In this document: positions 46,154 through 56,192 of the stretch, piece by piece | How the letters are laid out: every line of letters starts with the position of its first letter | Numbering within the stretch: the first letter of the stretch is position 1 | Source: Phycisphaerales bacterium | Lineage (GTDB): Bacteria; Planctomycetota; Phycisphaerae; Phycisphaerales; UBA1924 | DNA: 64,000 nucleotides | Assembly: GCA_014379385.1 (NCBI GenBank) | Contig: JACMLW010000134.1 | Location: forward strand, 2,132-66,131 | Direction of reading: 5' to 3' | The notes under the pieces: generated by a model | What the model saw: only the letters and a program-made list of their open reading frames with translations | Databases searched by the model: none | Told to the model about the DNA's origin: nothing | Position numbers and translations under genes: made by a program

Positions 46154-47110
46154 AGAACTTGTGCCGTCTTTGAAACGGACGGTCACGGCGATGAGGCGGA
46201 TGATGGCGTTGCCGGCCAGGCGGCGCTGCGCCGGTCGGAGCTCGTTGTCGTTGACCTGGGCGCGCAGCATCACGAGCGTCTCGTGGAGGGCGGCGGAGAG
46301 GTCGGAGTGTAACGAAGAGGCACTGGGCATTGGGCACTTGAAGAGGGCAATGGGGAATGGGCAATAGGCAATAGGCGAAGGCACTGGGGACTGGGCATCG
46401 GGGACTGGGGAAAAAGACACGTCTCTCTACCCTTAGGCGAGACAGAGCGCGGATCTGCGCACAAGGGGGAGCGATGGCGTGGTTATGGGAACACGTCGAG
46501 ATGCGCAAGTGGCGGGGGAGACTGGGATAACGAAAATCTGAGAACTTGCCGGATTGGGTCCGCCGATGGTGCGCGCCTGTGCGCGCAAAGTGAGCGATGT
46601 GGGGGAGGGAATGAGCAATGGGCAGTGGGGAATGGGAGGGAGCGGATTGGAGTGCGCCGCTGTTGCAGCGGGATCGCCTGCCGACTGCGTCGCGGGCTGG
46701 GGTAGCCCTCCGGGCTCCGAGGAAGGCCGCTGCGCGGCCGGGCTATCCGGGGGTGTCGCTCGGCGAAGCGCCATCGCTCCACCGCCCGGCTACTGACGTT
46801 CACCCCTGCGGGGTGAAGCGGCCGTCGCTGAAGCGCGGCGGGGTCGCACGCTTGCCGCGTGCTCCGAGGCGGCGCGGCTTCGCCGCGGAGGAGATTGAGT
46901 CCTTTGCGCCTTTCGGGGCAAGCAGGAAAGGAAGAGAGGGGAGGAGGGTGAGAGACGCATTCCACGGGTTGCGCGACGCCGAGGCGGCGGCGCTTCACCG
47001 CGTGGCTACATGCTGCGGCCCCGTTGGAGCCGAACAGGTTCGACGGGCTGTCGGTGACCGCTGCACGCTGGCGCGTGCTCCGAAACAGCGGCTTCGCCGC
47101 GGATATGCGA

Positions 47111-47484
47111 TTAGGGTGGCCCAGGCGGCGTTAGCGCGTGGAGGTCGTAGGGGCCGATCGGCGCGGGGGGAACCGCAAGACCTTCGCCGAGGCCGACCGG
47201 CAGAGCCTTTGTTGGATCGAAGACATAGACAGAGAGCAGGCACCGCGTAATTCGATCGAGCGCATCGCGGCCCTGCGCAATGGCATCTGTGAGGTAGGCC
47301 GAGTTCTTGCTCGGAGAGGTTTTGATTCGAGCCGCGGAGCTTGAGGAAACTGTCGTGATGCTCCTCCATTCCAAGGGAAATAGCATCGAAGTCTGGACAA
47401 GGCGAAGCCGAGGCGATCCTCGTTCTCCTGGCAACAGCTGAACAGGACTCGGCCCGAAGTCACGTTATTGTCGGTGTTGGTCAT
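47111..47484 (-). pseudogene. Small hypothetical ORF, start overlapping the upstream gene's stop, apparently frameshifted
   Basis: ATG 47484 overlaps the TGA of the upstream gene (ATGA). MTNTDNNVTSGRVLFSCCQENEDRLGFALSRLRCYFP then turns Arg/Pro/Ser-rich. The neighbouring frame continues coding-like (FPLEWRSITTV...NSAYLTDAIAQGRDALDRITRCLLSVYVFDPTKALPVGLGEG, stop 47111). One extra C in the CCC run (plus-strand GGG 47375..47377) would join them. Confidence 0.4.
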
Positions 47485-48158
47485 GAAGAATGTGGCTGCG
47501 GCAGTTCTCTGCTGACAGGAGGCGAAGTTTCGACTGTTGCTTGAATGCCTAAGAGTTTGCGGAAGTCCGACTCGATTTTTTCAAGAAGGGGCACAAACTC
47601 ATCACGTAGTCGCTCCTCAGCCTTCTCCCAATAGTCGTCCTGTCCGCTTGGTTGTCCCTTGGCTTCACGGCTATGGCACCTCCAGAACTGTCGAGCTTCC
47701 TTCCACACTTCTTGCGACAAGTAATCAATCCGTTGCGACAGCGGTCCCGGCAGAAAGAGCTTGCGCCCACGATAATAACGGTAGAATTCTTGGAACGATT
47801 TGTGAAACTGCTTGAATCTATCTTCTTTTGTTGGATCCCCTTCATACTCGATCATCGCAAACAGGCGGCGGAGACCTTGATGGCTCTCCTCAAGCAGTTT
47901 GTATACGCGAGCCATGACAAGGGCCTGACGTTCAAAGACATTTCTGTAGCGAATTTCATGCTCTGCAGCGGAGACTGATGCTTCCGACCGAAACCGCTCA
48001 AGGGCCTGCTCGTGCTCGTGTTGGAGACGTTGAATGAACCGCTCTGTATCCCGTTGTGCGATTTTCTCTATTAGGATTTTTCCCAACCAAGCGACAAGGC
48101 CGACGAGCATCGCGGCGCCACCGCCAAGTTTTATTAGTTCGATAATCGCTTCGTTCAT
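47481..48158 (-). CDS. Hypothetical protein, N-terminal TM helix plus helical/coiled-coil body, atypically low GC
   Basis: ORF 47481..48356 trimmed to ATG 48158 (MNEAIIELIKLGGGAAMLVGLVAWLGKILIEKIAQ...). Lys/Glu/Phe/Tyr-rich, with A/T-rich codons unlike neighbouring genes. No family recognised. Confidence 0.65.
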   Translation of the reverse strand: MNEAIIELIKLGGGAAMLVGLVAWLGKILIEKIAQRDTERFIQRLQHEHEQALERFRSEASVSAAEHEIRYRNVFERQALVMARVYKLLEESHQGLRRLFAMIEYEGDPTKEDRFKQFHKSFQEFYRYYRGRKLFLPGPLSQRIDYLSQEVWKEARQFWRCHSREAKGQPSGQDDYWEKAEERLRDEFVPLLEKIESDFRKLLGIQATVETSPPVSRELPQPHSS

Positions 48159-48265
48159 CGGCACATCCAAAGTGGCTGGAGCAAGGATCTCGCGACGCGG
48201 CGGAGGTGCTCGGTTGGTTCGTCCGGGTTGATAAGTCGTGGCGAGTTCATGGCGGCGCGAGTATA

Positions 48266-48304
48266 CACGGCTTCCCCGCAAAGCCGGGCGAAGCCGTGGC
48301 ACGG
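48266..48304. repeat. HP-C hairpin repeat, copy 2
   Basis: CACGGCTTCCCCGCAAAGCCGGGCGAAGCCGTGGCACGG. Differs from copy 1 (1306..1344) at 2 positions. Confidence 0.85.
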
Positions 48305-48401
48305 TCAGAATAAACCGCCCACGCGCGGTGGCGTGGTCGGTGGGGGGGCGAGTCAATCCAGGGAAGCTGTGTCAATGTCCAATGACCACGCAGAGCCGTG
48401 G

Positions 48402-49892
<1,491 letters not shown>

Positions 49893-50049
49893 GGGGAACC
49901 TCGAGCAGGGACGAAGGGACGGAGGCACGAAGGGACAAAGGGTAAGGGACAAAGGCACGAAGCGGGCGGAACGGACTGTCCCGCGATGATATGGGAGAAC
50001 GGCGTGGGGCAGGGGGAGCGGGTGGGCTCCCCACGAGATCCCTAGCGGC

Positions 50050-51546
50050 TCAACCGGGCGGAGCCGGGCTTCGAAAGAGGGAAGCAAGGTCGCGCCAGAA
50101 GGTGGGGTAGGTCTTGGCGACGCAGGCGGGGTTGGCGATGAGGACATGGGGGCGGCGCAGGCCGATGAGCGCGAGGGACATCGCCATGCGGTGGTCGTTG
50201 TAGGTGTCAAAGGTGATGGGGGGGAGGGCCCGCGCGGCGGGGTCGGCGGCGGTGAGCGCGTGCAGGTTGGGTGGTGGGGTAAGGCGGAGGGAGACGTCGC
50301 GCGGGTCGTGGGGCGAGGTGATGATCTCGACGGTGGCGCCTAGTTTGGCGAGTTCGGTTTGGAGCGCGGCGAGGCGGTCGGACTCTTTGTGGCGGAGGGT
50401 GTGCAGGCCGCGGAGCGTGGAGGTGGCGGTGGGGTTGTCGGGGGTTGGCGCGGCGAAGCAGAGCATGACGGCGGCGGTCATGGCGGTGTCGGGCATGTGC
50501 TCGAGATCGGCGTCGATGGCGTGCAGCGAGCGAGGCCCGATGATCTCGATTGATCGATCCGGGTCGCCGGTAAAGGTCGCGCCGGCTTCCTCGACAAGCA
50601 GTGGGAACTTCACGTCGCCCTGGAGAGAGCCGAGTTGCGCCGCGGGTAATCCGGGGATCGTGATGTGTGCGCCCGGCGTGATCGCCGCCGCGACTTGGAA
50701 GTAGGAAGCGCCGGTGGCGTCCGGTTCGATGGCAAGCTCGAAGCCCCGAACGCGTGCGGGATTAAGCCGCCAATCCAGCTCAAGCCCGAGGCGGACGGAT
50801 TCATATGGGTCTCGGCCAGCGTTGCCGGGAGCGCCAAGTGCGCGGAGTAACGCGAGCGTCATCCAGGTGTAGTCATCGCTGGTGAGGGGCCCCGTGGCGG
50901 CGACGTGCAGCTCGTGAGATAGGAACGGACCGATCATTAGCATCGCCGAAATGAACTGGCTTGACGAGGTAGGCCCGAACGTCACTCCGAGCGGGTGCGT
51001 GGGCTTGAGCGCGTGTACACGCACGGGCAGGGAGCCCTCGCGGCCGACGAACTCGACCGTTGCGCCGATCTGCCGGAGTGCATCGACGAGCTGGCCGATG
51101 GGCCGCTCGCGCATGCGTGCGTCGCCGTCGATGGTGATGGTCGTGTTGTCGGGGGCGAGGGCGGCCGCCGCGGTGAGGAAGCGAGCGGCGGTGCCGGAGG
51201 CGCGGACGTTGAGGACGGGGTTCGGGGTCTGGGGCTTCCAGCGGCCATTAACGCCACGAACGGTGATGGTCGTGCCGTCGATGGTGATGCCGGCGCCGAG
51301 TGCGCGGAGCCCCTGGATCATGACAAGGGCGTCGTCGGCATCGACGAGGGCGCTGGTGAGGGTGGACGTGCCGTCGGCGAGCGCGGCGAGCAAGAGCGCG
51401 CGGTTGGTGAGCGACTTGGATCCGGGGGGGCGGATGGTTGCCGCGAAGGGGCGATCGATGACCGGGATGGGGAGCGGATCGGGGAGTTGGGCGAGGGGAA
51501 GTCGGAGTGTGTCGATCGCGGACATGTTGGTAACGAAGAAAGGCAT
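50050..51546 (-). CDS. aroA: 3-phosphoshikimate 1-carboxyvinyltransferase (EPSP synthase)
   Basis: [41 protein letters not shown]. Confidence 0.92.
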   Translation of the reverse strand: MPFFVTNMSAIDTLRLPLAQLPDPLPIPVIDRPFAATIRPPGSKSLTNRALLLAALADGTSTLTSALVDADDALVMIQGLRALGAGITIDGTTITVRGVNGRWKPQTPNPVLNVRASGTAARFLTAAAALAPDNTTITIDGDARMRERPIGQLVDALRQIGATVEFVGREGSLPVRVHALKPTHPLGVTFGPTSSSQFISAMLMIGPFLSHELHVAATGPLTSDDYTWMTLALLRALGAPGNAGRDPYESVRLGLELDWRLNPARVRGFELAIEPDATGASYFQVAAAITPGAHITIPGLPAAQLGSLQGDVKFPLLVEEAGATFTGDPDRSIEIIGPRSLHAIDADLEHMPDTAMTAAVMLCFAAPTPDNPTATSTLRGLHTLRHKESDRLAALQTELAKLGATVEIITSPHDPRDVSLRLTPPPNLHALTAADPAARALPPITFDTYNDHRMAMSLALIGLRRPHVLIANPACVAKTYPTFWRDLASLFRSPAPPG

Positions 51547-51594
51547 CGGGTCATCAAGGGATCAGGGCATCGAGGCTTCATCGACCGCGCTCGA

Positions 51595-51957
51595 CTACTC
51601 GTCCCCCTCGGCCTTCCTGAACACCGCGACGACATCTTCGATGGGGATCACGAAGAGGCGGTTGTCGCCCTCGAACTCGACGGGGATGGCGTGCTTGGGG
51701 TTGAAGAGGATGCGGTCGTACTTCTTGATCGGGTAGTTCTCGTCGCGCTCGACCTGCGCCGAGATGGCAACCACGCGCCCGGTGATGGTCGGGATCTCGA
51801 TCTTGTCGGGCAGGTGGATGCCGGCCTTGGTCTGCTTCTTGTCCTCGTCCTTGCGGATGAGGACGCGCAGGCCGACGGGCTCGACGACTTCGAGCTTTGG
51901 GGTGGGGCGTGATGGGCGGTCGTCCTTGCGCATGAGGGAGGGTAGGGAGCGGATCAT
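51595..51957 (-). CDS. GroES-like co-chaperonin family protein (no groEL adjacent)
   Basis: VEPVGLRVLIRKDEDKKQTKAGIHLPDK...GRVVAIS...YDRILF...DVVAVF follows the GroES pattern. Start at 51957 or 51933. Confidence 0.65.
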   Translation of the reverse strand: MIRSLPSLMRKDDRPSRPTPKLEVVEPVGLRVLIRKDEDKKQTKAGIHLPDKIEIPTITGRVVAISAQVERDENYPIKKYDRILFNPKHAIPVEFEGDNRLFVIPIEDVVAVFRKAEGDE

Positions 51958-51965
51958 TCAGCCGG

Positions 51966-51991
51966 ACACCGGTCTGAAGACCGGTGCCACC
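51966..51991. repeat. HP-B hairpin repeat, copy 3
   Basis: ACACCGGTCTGAAGACCGGTGCCACC, in the divergent spacer between the GroES-like gene and apt. Confidence 0.85.
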
Positions 51992-52014
51992 AGCAATTAC
52001 GCTACGCTCACGCC

Positions 52015-52542
52015 ATGAAGGAACTGGCCAGGCTGCGATCACTCATCCGTGAGGTACACGACTTTCCCAAGCCGGGGATTGTGTTCCGGGACTTCACGCC
52101 GCTCATCCGCGACCCGGCGGCGCTCGCGCTCGGCGTTGAACTGATGGCCAACCCGTATCGTGGCAAGAAGGTCGATCTCGTGATCGGGGCCGAGTCGCGC
52201 GGGTTCATCTTCGGGATCGCGCTGGCGCAGGCGCTCTCGGCCGGGTTTGTCCCGGTGCGCAAGCCGGGGAAGCTCCCCGCGGCCAAGGCGCGCATGGAGT
52301 ACGACCTGGAGTACGGGAAGGACTGCCTGGAGATCCACGTGGACGCGATCGATCCCGGGCAGCGCGTGCTTCTCGTGGATGATCTGCTCGCCACCGGCGG
52401 TACGATGCGGGCGTGCTGCGACCTGGTGCAGGGGATGAAGGCGGACATCGTCGGCATCACGGTGCTGATCGAGCTCGCCGCGCTCAACGGGCGCGAGCGA
52501 CTGACCGGGTTTGCGCCGGTGCATTCGGTGATGCAGTACTAA
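52015..52542 (+). CDS. apt: Adenine phosphoribosyltransferase
   Basis: DFPKPGIVFRDFTPL, VLLVDDLLATGGT. Confidence 0.93.
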   Translation: MKELARLRSLIREVHDFPKPGIVFRDFTPLIRDPAALALGVELMANPYRGKKVDLVIGAESRGFIFGIALAQALSAGFVPVRKPGKLPAAKARMEYDLEYGKDCLEIHVDAIDPGQRVLLVDDLLATGGTMRACCDLVQGMKADIVGITVLIELAALNGRERLTGFAPVHSVMQY

Positions 52543-52546
52543 GAAC

Positions 52547-52571
52547 GCACAGGCGGGACGCCTGTGCCACC
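52547..52571. repeat. HP-A hairpin repeat, copy 3 (between convergent apt and copA)
   Basis: GCACAGGCGGGACGCCTGTGCCACC, exactly filling most of the 37-nt gap between the two stop codons. Confidence 0.9.
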
Positions 52572-52579
52572 GCGGAGCC

Positions 52580-54898
52580 TTAGAGCTTGAGGCGGCGGAG
52601 CATCAGCGCGTTCGCTACGACGCTCACGGAACTGAGCGACATGGCGGCCGCGGCGAGCATGGGGTTCAAGATGCCCGCCGCGGCGACGGGTAGTAGAGCC
52701 GCGTTATACAGGAACGCCCAGAAAAGGCCGAGGCGGATGCGCAGCATCATGGCCCGCGCGAGCTTCACAGCCTTGGGGAGGAGGCGCAGGTCGCCGCCGA
52801 CGAGCACGATCTGACCGGCCTGCATCGCGATGTCGGTGCCGGTGCCCATCGCGATCCCGACGTCGGCCGCGGCAAGGGCGGGGGCATCGTTCACGCCGTC
52901 GCCGACCATGGCGACACCCCGGCGGCGCTTGTTCTTTCCGCCCCCGAGCTGCTGCTGCAACTCGCGGATGGTGCGCTCCTTATCGGCGGGGAGGACGCCC
53001 GCGAGCACTTCGTCGATGCCGACGGCCTCGGCCACGGCGCGCGCGGCCCGCTCGGTGTCGCCCGTCAACAGGACGACGCGCAGCTTGAAGGCGTGCAGCG
53101 CATCGACGGCCGCCTTCGCCTCGGGCTTAATGGTGTCGGCGATCGCAATGAGCCCGACGGTTTTGCCGCCGATGCCCACGGCCACGGTGGTCTTGCCCTT
53201 GCCCTCAAGCGATCGGGTAAGGTCGTTGTGCCACATCGCGTCGAGGAACTTCTCTGGGCGGCCGACCATGATCTCTTTCCCCGCGACCGTGCCGGCCACG
53301 CCGCGACCGGGCTCATAGTGGAAGTTCTCGACGGGCGCGAGGTCGACGCCATCGGCCTGGGCGCGCCGGATGATCGCGCGGGCGATCGGGTGCTCGCTGG
53401 CGGCCTCAACCGAGGCGGCGAGTTTAAGGAGGACGCGCGCGGGGAGGTCCGGCAGGCCCTGGGAATGAACAGGGACGATGTCGGTGACTTCGCCCCGGGC
53501 GGTGGTGAGGGTGCCGGTCTTGTCGAGGACGATGGCGGCGAGCGAGCTGGAGTGCTCGAGGGCGCGGGCGTCCTTGATGAGCACGCCGTGGCGGGCGCCC
53601 AGGCCGGTGCCGACCATGACGGCGGTCGGGGTGGCGAGGCCGAGCGCGCAGGGGCAGGCGACGATGAGCACGGCGATCGCGGCGTCGATGGCGCGCGCCG
53701 GGTCGTGCGCCAGGAAGTGCCACGCGCCCCATGAGCCCGCAGCGATGAGGAGTACGAGCGGCACAAACCCGCCGGCGACCGAGTCGGCGAGCCGCTGGAT
53801 GTTGGCCTTGGAGAGCTGCGCCTGGTGGACGAGGGAGACAATCTGCGAGACGACGGTCTGCGAGCCGACGGCGTCGACGCGGGCGCGCAACATGCCGTTG
53901 GCGTTGATGGTGCCGCCGATGACGCGACTGCCGGCGGACTTGCTCACGGGCGCCGATTCGCCGGTGATGATCGATTCGTCGATGGACGACGTGCCGGCGA
54001 TGACCGTGCCGTCGGCGGGCACCTTCGCGCCGGGCTTGATGATGACGGTGTCTCCGGGCGCGAGTTCGGAGACGGGCACTTCGACGGTGGGCCTGACGCC
54101 GCCGTCGGGAAATCCGCTGGGGCCGCCCGGCGCCTCGCGCTCGAGCAGCGCCATGCCGGGGCGCAGCTCCATGAGTGAGATGATCGCCCCCGCGGCGCTC
54201 CCGGTAGCGCGGGCCTCCATCCACTTGCCGAGCGCGACGAGGGCGAGGACGACGGCGGAGGTATCGAAGTAGACCGCGTGCGAGCCCCGCAGCAGGCTGT
54301 ACAGCGAGTACCCGTACGCGACGGAGGTGCCGAGCGCCACCAGCGTGTCCATGTTCGCGCGCCCGTGCGCGAGGGCCCGCAGGCCGCCCAGGTAGAACGG
54401 CCAGCCGAGAAGGATCTGCAGAACCGTCGCGAGCGCGAGCTGTATGTAGGGAGAGGACGGGTCGTGCCACCAGAGGTGCAGCGGCATGATGGGCGCCGCG
54501 AGGAGGATTCCGAGCACGGCGCGCAGCCGCCAGGCGCGGGCGATGCGGTCGTGGTCGATGCCGAGGTGTGCGGTGTGATCGCTGATGTCGTCCGCGGCTG
54601 CCGGGGCTCTGTGGCAAGAGTGACGGGGGAGCGCTGCGGACCGGGTTTCAATGCGTGGACGCGGCGTGGGGAGGGGGCCGTGTGCGCCAACTGCCTCGGC
54701 GCGGTAGCCGGCGCGCGCGACGGCGGAGCGGAGCGAGTCGATGTTCGTTCTCGACTCATCGAACTCGACGCGGCCGGTCCCCGTGGCGAGGTTGATCGCG
54801 GCGGTGCGGACCCCGGCATCCTTCTTCAGCGATCGTTCGATCGTGCTGACGCACGACCCGCAGTGCATCCCGGAGATCTTGAGGGTGGCGGTGGCCAT
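52580..54898 (-). CDS. copA: Copper-translocating P1B-type ATPase
   Basis: ORF 52580..55771 trimmed to ATG 54898. N-terminal HMA GMHCGSC, CPC (IVACPCALGLATP), DKTGTLT, GDGVNDAP. Confidence 0.92.
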   Translation of the reverse strand: MATATLKISGMHCGSCVSTIERSLKKDAGVRTAAINLATGTGRVEFDESRTNIDSLRSAVARAGYRAEAVGAHGPLPTPRPRIETRSAALPRHSCHRAPAAADDISDHTAHLGIDHDRIARAWRLRAVLGILLAAPIMPLHLWWHDPSSPYIQLALATVLQILLGWPFYLGGLRALAHGRANMDTLVALGTSVAYGYSLYSLLRGSHAVYFDTSAVVLALVALGKWMEARATGSAAGAIISLMELRPGMALLEREAPGGPSGFPDGGVRPTVEVPVSELAPGDTVIIKPGAKVPADGTVIAGTSSIDESIITGESAPVSKSAGSRVIGGTINANGMLRARVDAVGSQTVVSQIVSLVHQAQLSKANIQRLADSVAGGFVPLVLLIAAGSWGAWHFLAHDPARAIDAAIAVLIVACPCALGLATPTAVMVGTGLGARHGVLIKDARALEHSSSLAAIVLDKTGTLTTARGEVTDIVPVHSQGLPDLPARVLLKLAASVEAASEHPIARAIIRRAQADGVDLAPVENFHYEPGRGVAGTVAGKEIMVGRPEKFLDAMWHNDLTRSLEGKGKTTVAVGIGGKTVGLIAIADTIKPEAKAAVDALHAFKLRVVLLTGDTERAARAVAEAVGIDEVLAGVLPADKERTIRELQQQLGGGKNKRRRGVAMVGDGVNDAPALAAADVGIAMGTGTDIAMQAGQIVLVGGDLRLLPKAVKLARAMMLRIRLGLFWAFLYNAALLPVAAAGILNPMLAAAAMSLSSVSVVANALMLRRLKL

Positions 54899-54925
54899 GT
54901 GTGAGTAGCGTACAGGGGCCAGCGG

Positions 54926-56119
54926 ATGCGCGGGCCGGCCGACGGGGAAAAGCTCCGGACCCCCGCGTCTTTCATACGATTGTTCGTGCCAACCGATGCG
55001 GTCCATGCCGGTGGGGATGTGATTCGCCGATGCCTGGCGATGGGCTTCGCGTACGCGGGGATCGCGCCCGCCCAGCCCACGCGCTGGCGCGCCGAGGTGC
55101 TGGCGTGGCTGGCCGCGGGCAACGAGGGTTCGATGGCGTGGCTGCACGAGAACATCGAGGCGCGGCTGGATCCGGGTGTGTTCATGGATGGGGCCAAGTC
55201 GGTGGTGATGGTGGCGGAGCGGTATGCGGCGCGCGGCGATGGAAGGAGCGCGGAAGAGAGCGACGCGGTGCTGGCTTCGCCGATCGGGCCGCGCGGGCGT
55301 GTGGCCAGGTATGCCCAGGGGCGCGACTACCACGTGGTGATGCGCAAGCGGCTGTACGCGCTGGCGGCCGAGCTGCGCGGGCGGTTTGCGCCCGAGAAGT
55401 TCTACGGCTTCGTGGACATCGCGCCCATCCTCGAGCGCGAGCACGCGATGCGTGCCGGCCTTGGGTGGATCGGCAAGAACACGATGCTCATCCACCCGCG
55501 CGGTGGCAGCTACCTGATGCTCGGGGGCATCATGACGACTATGTGGCTCGACCCGCCGCGCGAGCAGGCCGCGGTGATGGACCACTGCGGATCGTGCATG
55601 CGATGCATCGACGCCTGCCCGACGGGCGCGATCACGCCCTATCAAGTCGATGCGCGCCGCTGCATCAGCTACCTCACAATCGAGCAGCGCGGCGAGGTCG
55701 ACCCGGCGCTGCACGCCGGGATAGGAGACTGGTTGTTCGGGTGCGATGTCTGCCAGGAGGTGTGCCCGCACAACTCGGCGCGCCTCGGCGGGGGCTCGAC
55801 CGACACCGAGGCGCGGGTGGCCGACGCGTACGCGCCGGCGCGCCCGGTGCTCGGGTTACTGGATGTGCTGGGGTGGTCGGCCGACGATCGCTCGTCACGC
55901 CTCAGCGGCAGCTCGATGAAGCGGGCAACGCTGCCGATGCTCAAGCGCAATGCGCTGATCGTGACGGGTAACATTCTCGCTGAACTCGACGATGCCACGC
56001 TGCGAGCGAGAATCGAGGAGCTCGCGGCGGATGAGCGAGAAGACCCCGCGGTTCGACGGACTGCGGGCCGGGTGCTCTCGCGCCTTGGCGGCGGTGACGA
56101 CGGCGAGCGGCGCGGGTGA
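54926..56119 (+). CDS. queG: tRNA epoxyqueuosine(34) reductase
   Basis: CGSCMRCIDACPTGAI, CISYLTIEQRG, FGCDVCQEVCPHN, HEAT-like C-terminus. Start uncertain (only 27 nt from the divergent copA start). Confidence 0.88.
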   Translation: MRGPADGEKLRTPASFIRLFVPTDAVHAGGDVIRRCLAMGFAYAGIAPAQPTRWRAEVLAWLAAGNEGSMAWLHENIEARLDPGVFMDGAKSVVMVAERYAARGDGRSAEESDAVLASPIGPRGRVARYAQGRDYHVVMRKRLYALAAELRGRFAPEKFYGFVDIAPILEREHAMRAGLGWIGKNTMLIHPRGGSYLMLGGIMTTMWLDPPREQAAVMDHCGSCMRCIDACPTGAITPYQVDARRCISYLTIEQRGEVDPALHAGIGDWLFGCDVCQEVCPHNSARLGGGSTDTEARVADAYAPARPVLGLLDVLGWSADDRSSRLSGSSMKRATLPMLKRNALIVTGNILAELDDATLRARIEELAADEREDPAVRRTAGRVLSRLGGGDDGERRG

Positions 56120-56124
56120 TGAGT

Positions 56125-56157
56125 AAAAAAAAACCCCCGAGGCCGGTGCCTCGAGGG
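56125..56157 (-). terminator. Rho-independent terminator downstream of the dockerin-tailed protein gene
   Basis: Minus strand reads CCCTCGAGG-caccgg-CCTCGGGGG (8/9 bp) followed by T9. Confidence 0.8.
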
Positions 56158-56192
56158 TCCTTGATTGCATCTGCCAGTCTGCGCTCTGGGGC

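Noticed and set aside
44792-46420. 542-aa minus-strand ORF running antisense through the 3' third of the beta-helix gene
   Set aside because: Only the first ~60 codons after 46330 look coding. The rest passes through the hairpin repeats and the antisense of a real gene. Treated as a possible remnant (see finding), not as a gene.
54899-55771. N-terminal 290-aa extension of the copA ORF (52580..55771)
   Set aside because: Arg/His/Pro-rich and antisense to queG. The copA-type HMA domain starts at ATG 54898.
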